This document shows positions 62,212-64,000 of a DNA stretch of 64,000 nucleotides, piece after piece; positions within the stretch are counted from its first letter, which is position 1; the number at the start of each line of letters is the position of its first letter. The notes below the pieces were generated by a model, which was given only the letters and a program-made list of their open reading frames with translations, ran no database searches and had not been told where the DNA came from. This stretch comes from Clostridiales bacterium. GTDB lineage: Bacteria; Bacillota; Clostridia; Christensenellales; CAG-138. A program made the position numbers and the translations under genes. Where the stretch lies: NCBI GenBank assembly GCA_012838425.1, contig DUPG01000011.1, forward strand, positions 489-64,488, written 5' to 3'.

Positions 62212-63519
62212 ATGCGAAAAATCAAGTTACTAATCCTATGCGCGATAATATTATGTGCGCTTTTGCTTGCTAACGCGTGCGGAATGGGCGCAAGCCGCGT
62301 AAAAAGCGGCACGAAAATTGACGGTATTGACATATCAAGCCTGACCGAAGCCGAAGCAAAGGCAAAGCTAAGCGAACACTATAACACCATGCTAAAAGAA
62401 AGCATAATCACTATTCAGGCCGACAGAACGCACAGATACAGCGCGCAGGAGCTTGGATTTTATGTTGATTTTTCGAATGCGCTGAATTCCGCATTGAATC
62501 AGGGCCGGTTCACAAGGTCGCATGAGTACGCTTCCGAAATCGTACTCAACCATGACGCCGCACGCGAAAAGCTTGAATCCATAGCCAACAGGGTGAACGC
62601 TGAGCCGAAAGCGCCTTCCGCCGAATATATAAATGGCGAAATCGTGTTCACAGGCGGCGAAAACGGAAAAAGGCTCGATATAAGCAATATTTTGGAACAG
62701 CTTGAAGCGGCGAAGGGCTCTGTTCTTAAAAGCGGCGCCACAATACAAGCAAGATTAGACGAAATCACATACAGCGCAGGCGTTGATATAGAAAATCTCA
62801 AAGCGAATTACACTCTGCTTGGCGAATTCAAAACCTCGTTTTCAGAATCGCCGCTGAATGGCGAAAACAGGGTAAAAAACATAATCAAGGCAGCGCAAAT
62901 GATTGACGGAGCTGTTATAAAGCCCGACGAAGAATTCAACACGAACGAAATATTAGGCGACAGGAACAAGGAAAACGGCTGGTACAAGGCGCCTGCTATT
63001 TGGAACGGAAAGTACAGGCTTGAATACGGCGGCGGTGTGTGTCAGGTTTCCTCTACTTTATATAATGCGGTGCTGCTTGCCAATTTGGAGGTTGTTGAGC
63101 GCAGACCTCATTCATGGCCTATGAGCTATGTTCCAATAGGGCGCGACGCGACAATTTCGACAGGCGGCGCGAATTTTCGCTTCAGAAACAGCACTTCAAG
63201 CGACATAATAATAGGCGCAATAGTGGATAAACGCGCAGAAACCATTACAGTACGCATTTTCGGAAAGCATGAGGGTAATTACGCGAGGGTCGAGATACTT
63301 TCTAAAGAAGTCGATACGATAGAGGCGCCCGAGCCTGAATATATTGAGGATACCACATTAAGCGCAGGCGAACAGCGTGTAGAGCGAAAAGAGCGAACGG
63401 GCAGAAAATCCGTTACTATTAGAATTTTTTACGACGAAAGCGGAAAGGAAATCGCCCGCGAAACAGTATCGGAGGATACTTATAGGGCGATTAGGGCAAG
63501 GATTAGGGTTGGAGTTTAG
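62212..63519 (+). CDS. VanW-family (YoaR-like) exported protein with PG-binding and G5 domains
   Basis: Lipoprotein-like N-terminus (LLANAC), R..NI..AA..IDG, GGGVCQVSSTLYNA, ERRPHS, GRDAT, G5-like C-terminus. Confidence 0.88.
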   Translation: MRKIKLLILCAIILCALLLANACGMGASRVKSGTKIDGIDISSLTEAEAKAKLSEHYNTMLKESIITIQADRTHRYSAQELGFYVDFSNALNSALNQGRFTRSHEYASEIVLNHDAAREKLESIANRVNAEPKAPSAEYINGEIVFTGGENGKRLDISNILEQLEAAKGSVLKSGATIQARLDEITYSAGVDIENLKANYTLLGEFKTSFSESPLNGENRVKNIIKAAQMIDGAVIKPDEEFNTNEILGDRNKENGWYKAPAIWNGKYRLEYGGGVCQVSSTLYNAVLLANLEVVERRPHSWPMSYVPIGRDATISTGGANFRFRNSTSSDIIIGAIVDKRAETITVRIFGKHEGNYARVEILSKEVDTIEAPEPEYIEDTTLSAGEQRVERKERTGRKSVTIRIFYDESGKEIARETVSEDTYRAIRARIRVGV

Positions 63520-63534
63520 CAAGAGCTAAGCTCC

Positions 63535-63612
63535 AAATGAAGACGGGCTTGCGCCCGAATGAAGACAGCGGTTTTACCGCTGAACGAAGACGGCAACAGG
63601 TTGCCGAATGAA
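63535..63612. repeat. AATGAAGA hairpin array
   Basis: AATGAAGA-cgggcttgcgcccg-AATGAAGA-cagcggttttaccgctg-AACGAAGA-cggcaacaggttgccg-AATGAATA. Confidence 0.88.
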
Positions 63613-63806
63613 TATATCAAGTGCAAGTAAAAAGCAAAGCAGCCTACGCATTGTCAATAAAAACACTTATATCAACAGAGAAATCCAAGCAGACAGGAAA
63701 CTTTTTATATATACAAGGGTAATTATAAAATAAACGACTTACCGTTGTCTTCATTCATGCGAATGCGTGTCTTATCTGCTCGCGGGGCGAAAAAAAGGGG
63801 GACTTA

Positions 63807-64000
63807 GGAGCGGTCAGATAGGGATTATTAATTCCTGAAAAATTCGGCATAGTCGTTGATATTCGGCTATGCCGTTTTTTCGTTTAGTTTGGTAAGTCGA
63901 TAGCGCCAATGCAGTTATAGAAAATTTGAATCCGCTGGGTTCTGCGGCCATCTACTTTTTCAGCCTTAAATACTATAATTTTGTCAATGAACTCTCGGAT
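63807..64000 (-). mobile_element. Probable end of an integrated element carrying a TnpX/TndX-type recombinase
   Basis: Recombinase 3' end, downstream inverted repeat cggcatagtcg...cggctatgccg, then a candidate GG crossover dinucleotide at ~63807-63808. Confidence 0.55.
63884..64000 (-). CDS. C-terminus (partial) of a large serine recombinase, DUF4368-type tail
   Basis: Manual translation IREFIDKIIVFKAEKVDGRRTQRIQIFYNCIGAIDLPN*; runs off the window edge. Confidence 0.75.
   Translation of the reverse strand: MREFIDKIIVFKAEKVDGRRTQRIQIFYNCIGAIDLPN

Noticed and set aside
62212-63519. Vancomycin resistance locus
   Set aside because: VanW-domain (YoaR-like) proteins are widespread housekeeping genes; there are no vanHAX or vanRS genes.

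Overview
Chromosomal, origin-proximal region of a spore-forming anaerobic Firmicute (Clostridia-like). The assignment rests on spoIIID, yabPQ, sigE/sigK-type promoters, T-boxes and a type-2 IleRS. It carries about 52 mostly housekeeping or sporulation CDS (gcvT/H/PA/PB, recF-gyrB-gyrA, valS, ileS, parA-parB, dnaN, tilS-hpt, der, ligA, ecfA1A2T) and tRNA-Ser(CGA). Also present are a clear oriC (DnaA boxes plus a DnaA-trio-like unwinding element at about 48.8-49.2 kb) with no adjacent dnaA, four parS sites and two tandem Noc-binding palindromes. Traces of mobile elements sit at both window edges: a parA/parB remnant at the left and the 3' end of a serine recombinase at the right. The most striking unexplained signal is non-coding. 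Most intergenic spacers hold combinatorial arrays of short hairpins, mostly C-GNA-G triloop type and all on the same strand. These are joined by constant 7-8 nt linkers (TCTTCATT, ATTTCAT, ATTTAGC) and often anchored on a ~60-bp two-hairpin cap element or interleaved with GTAG-like REP palindromes. The arrays coincide with several breaks in conserved Firmicute gene order. No enzyme that could build them is visible in the window. All calls come from reading the sequence by eye, and array boundaries are approximate.
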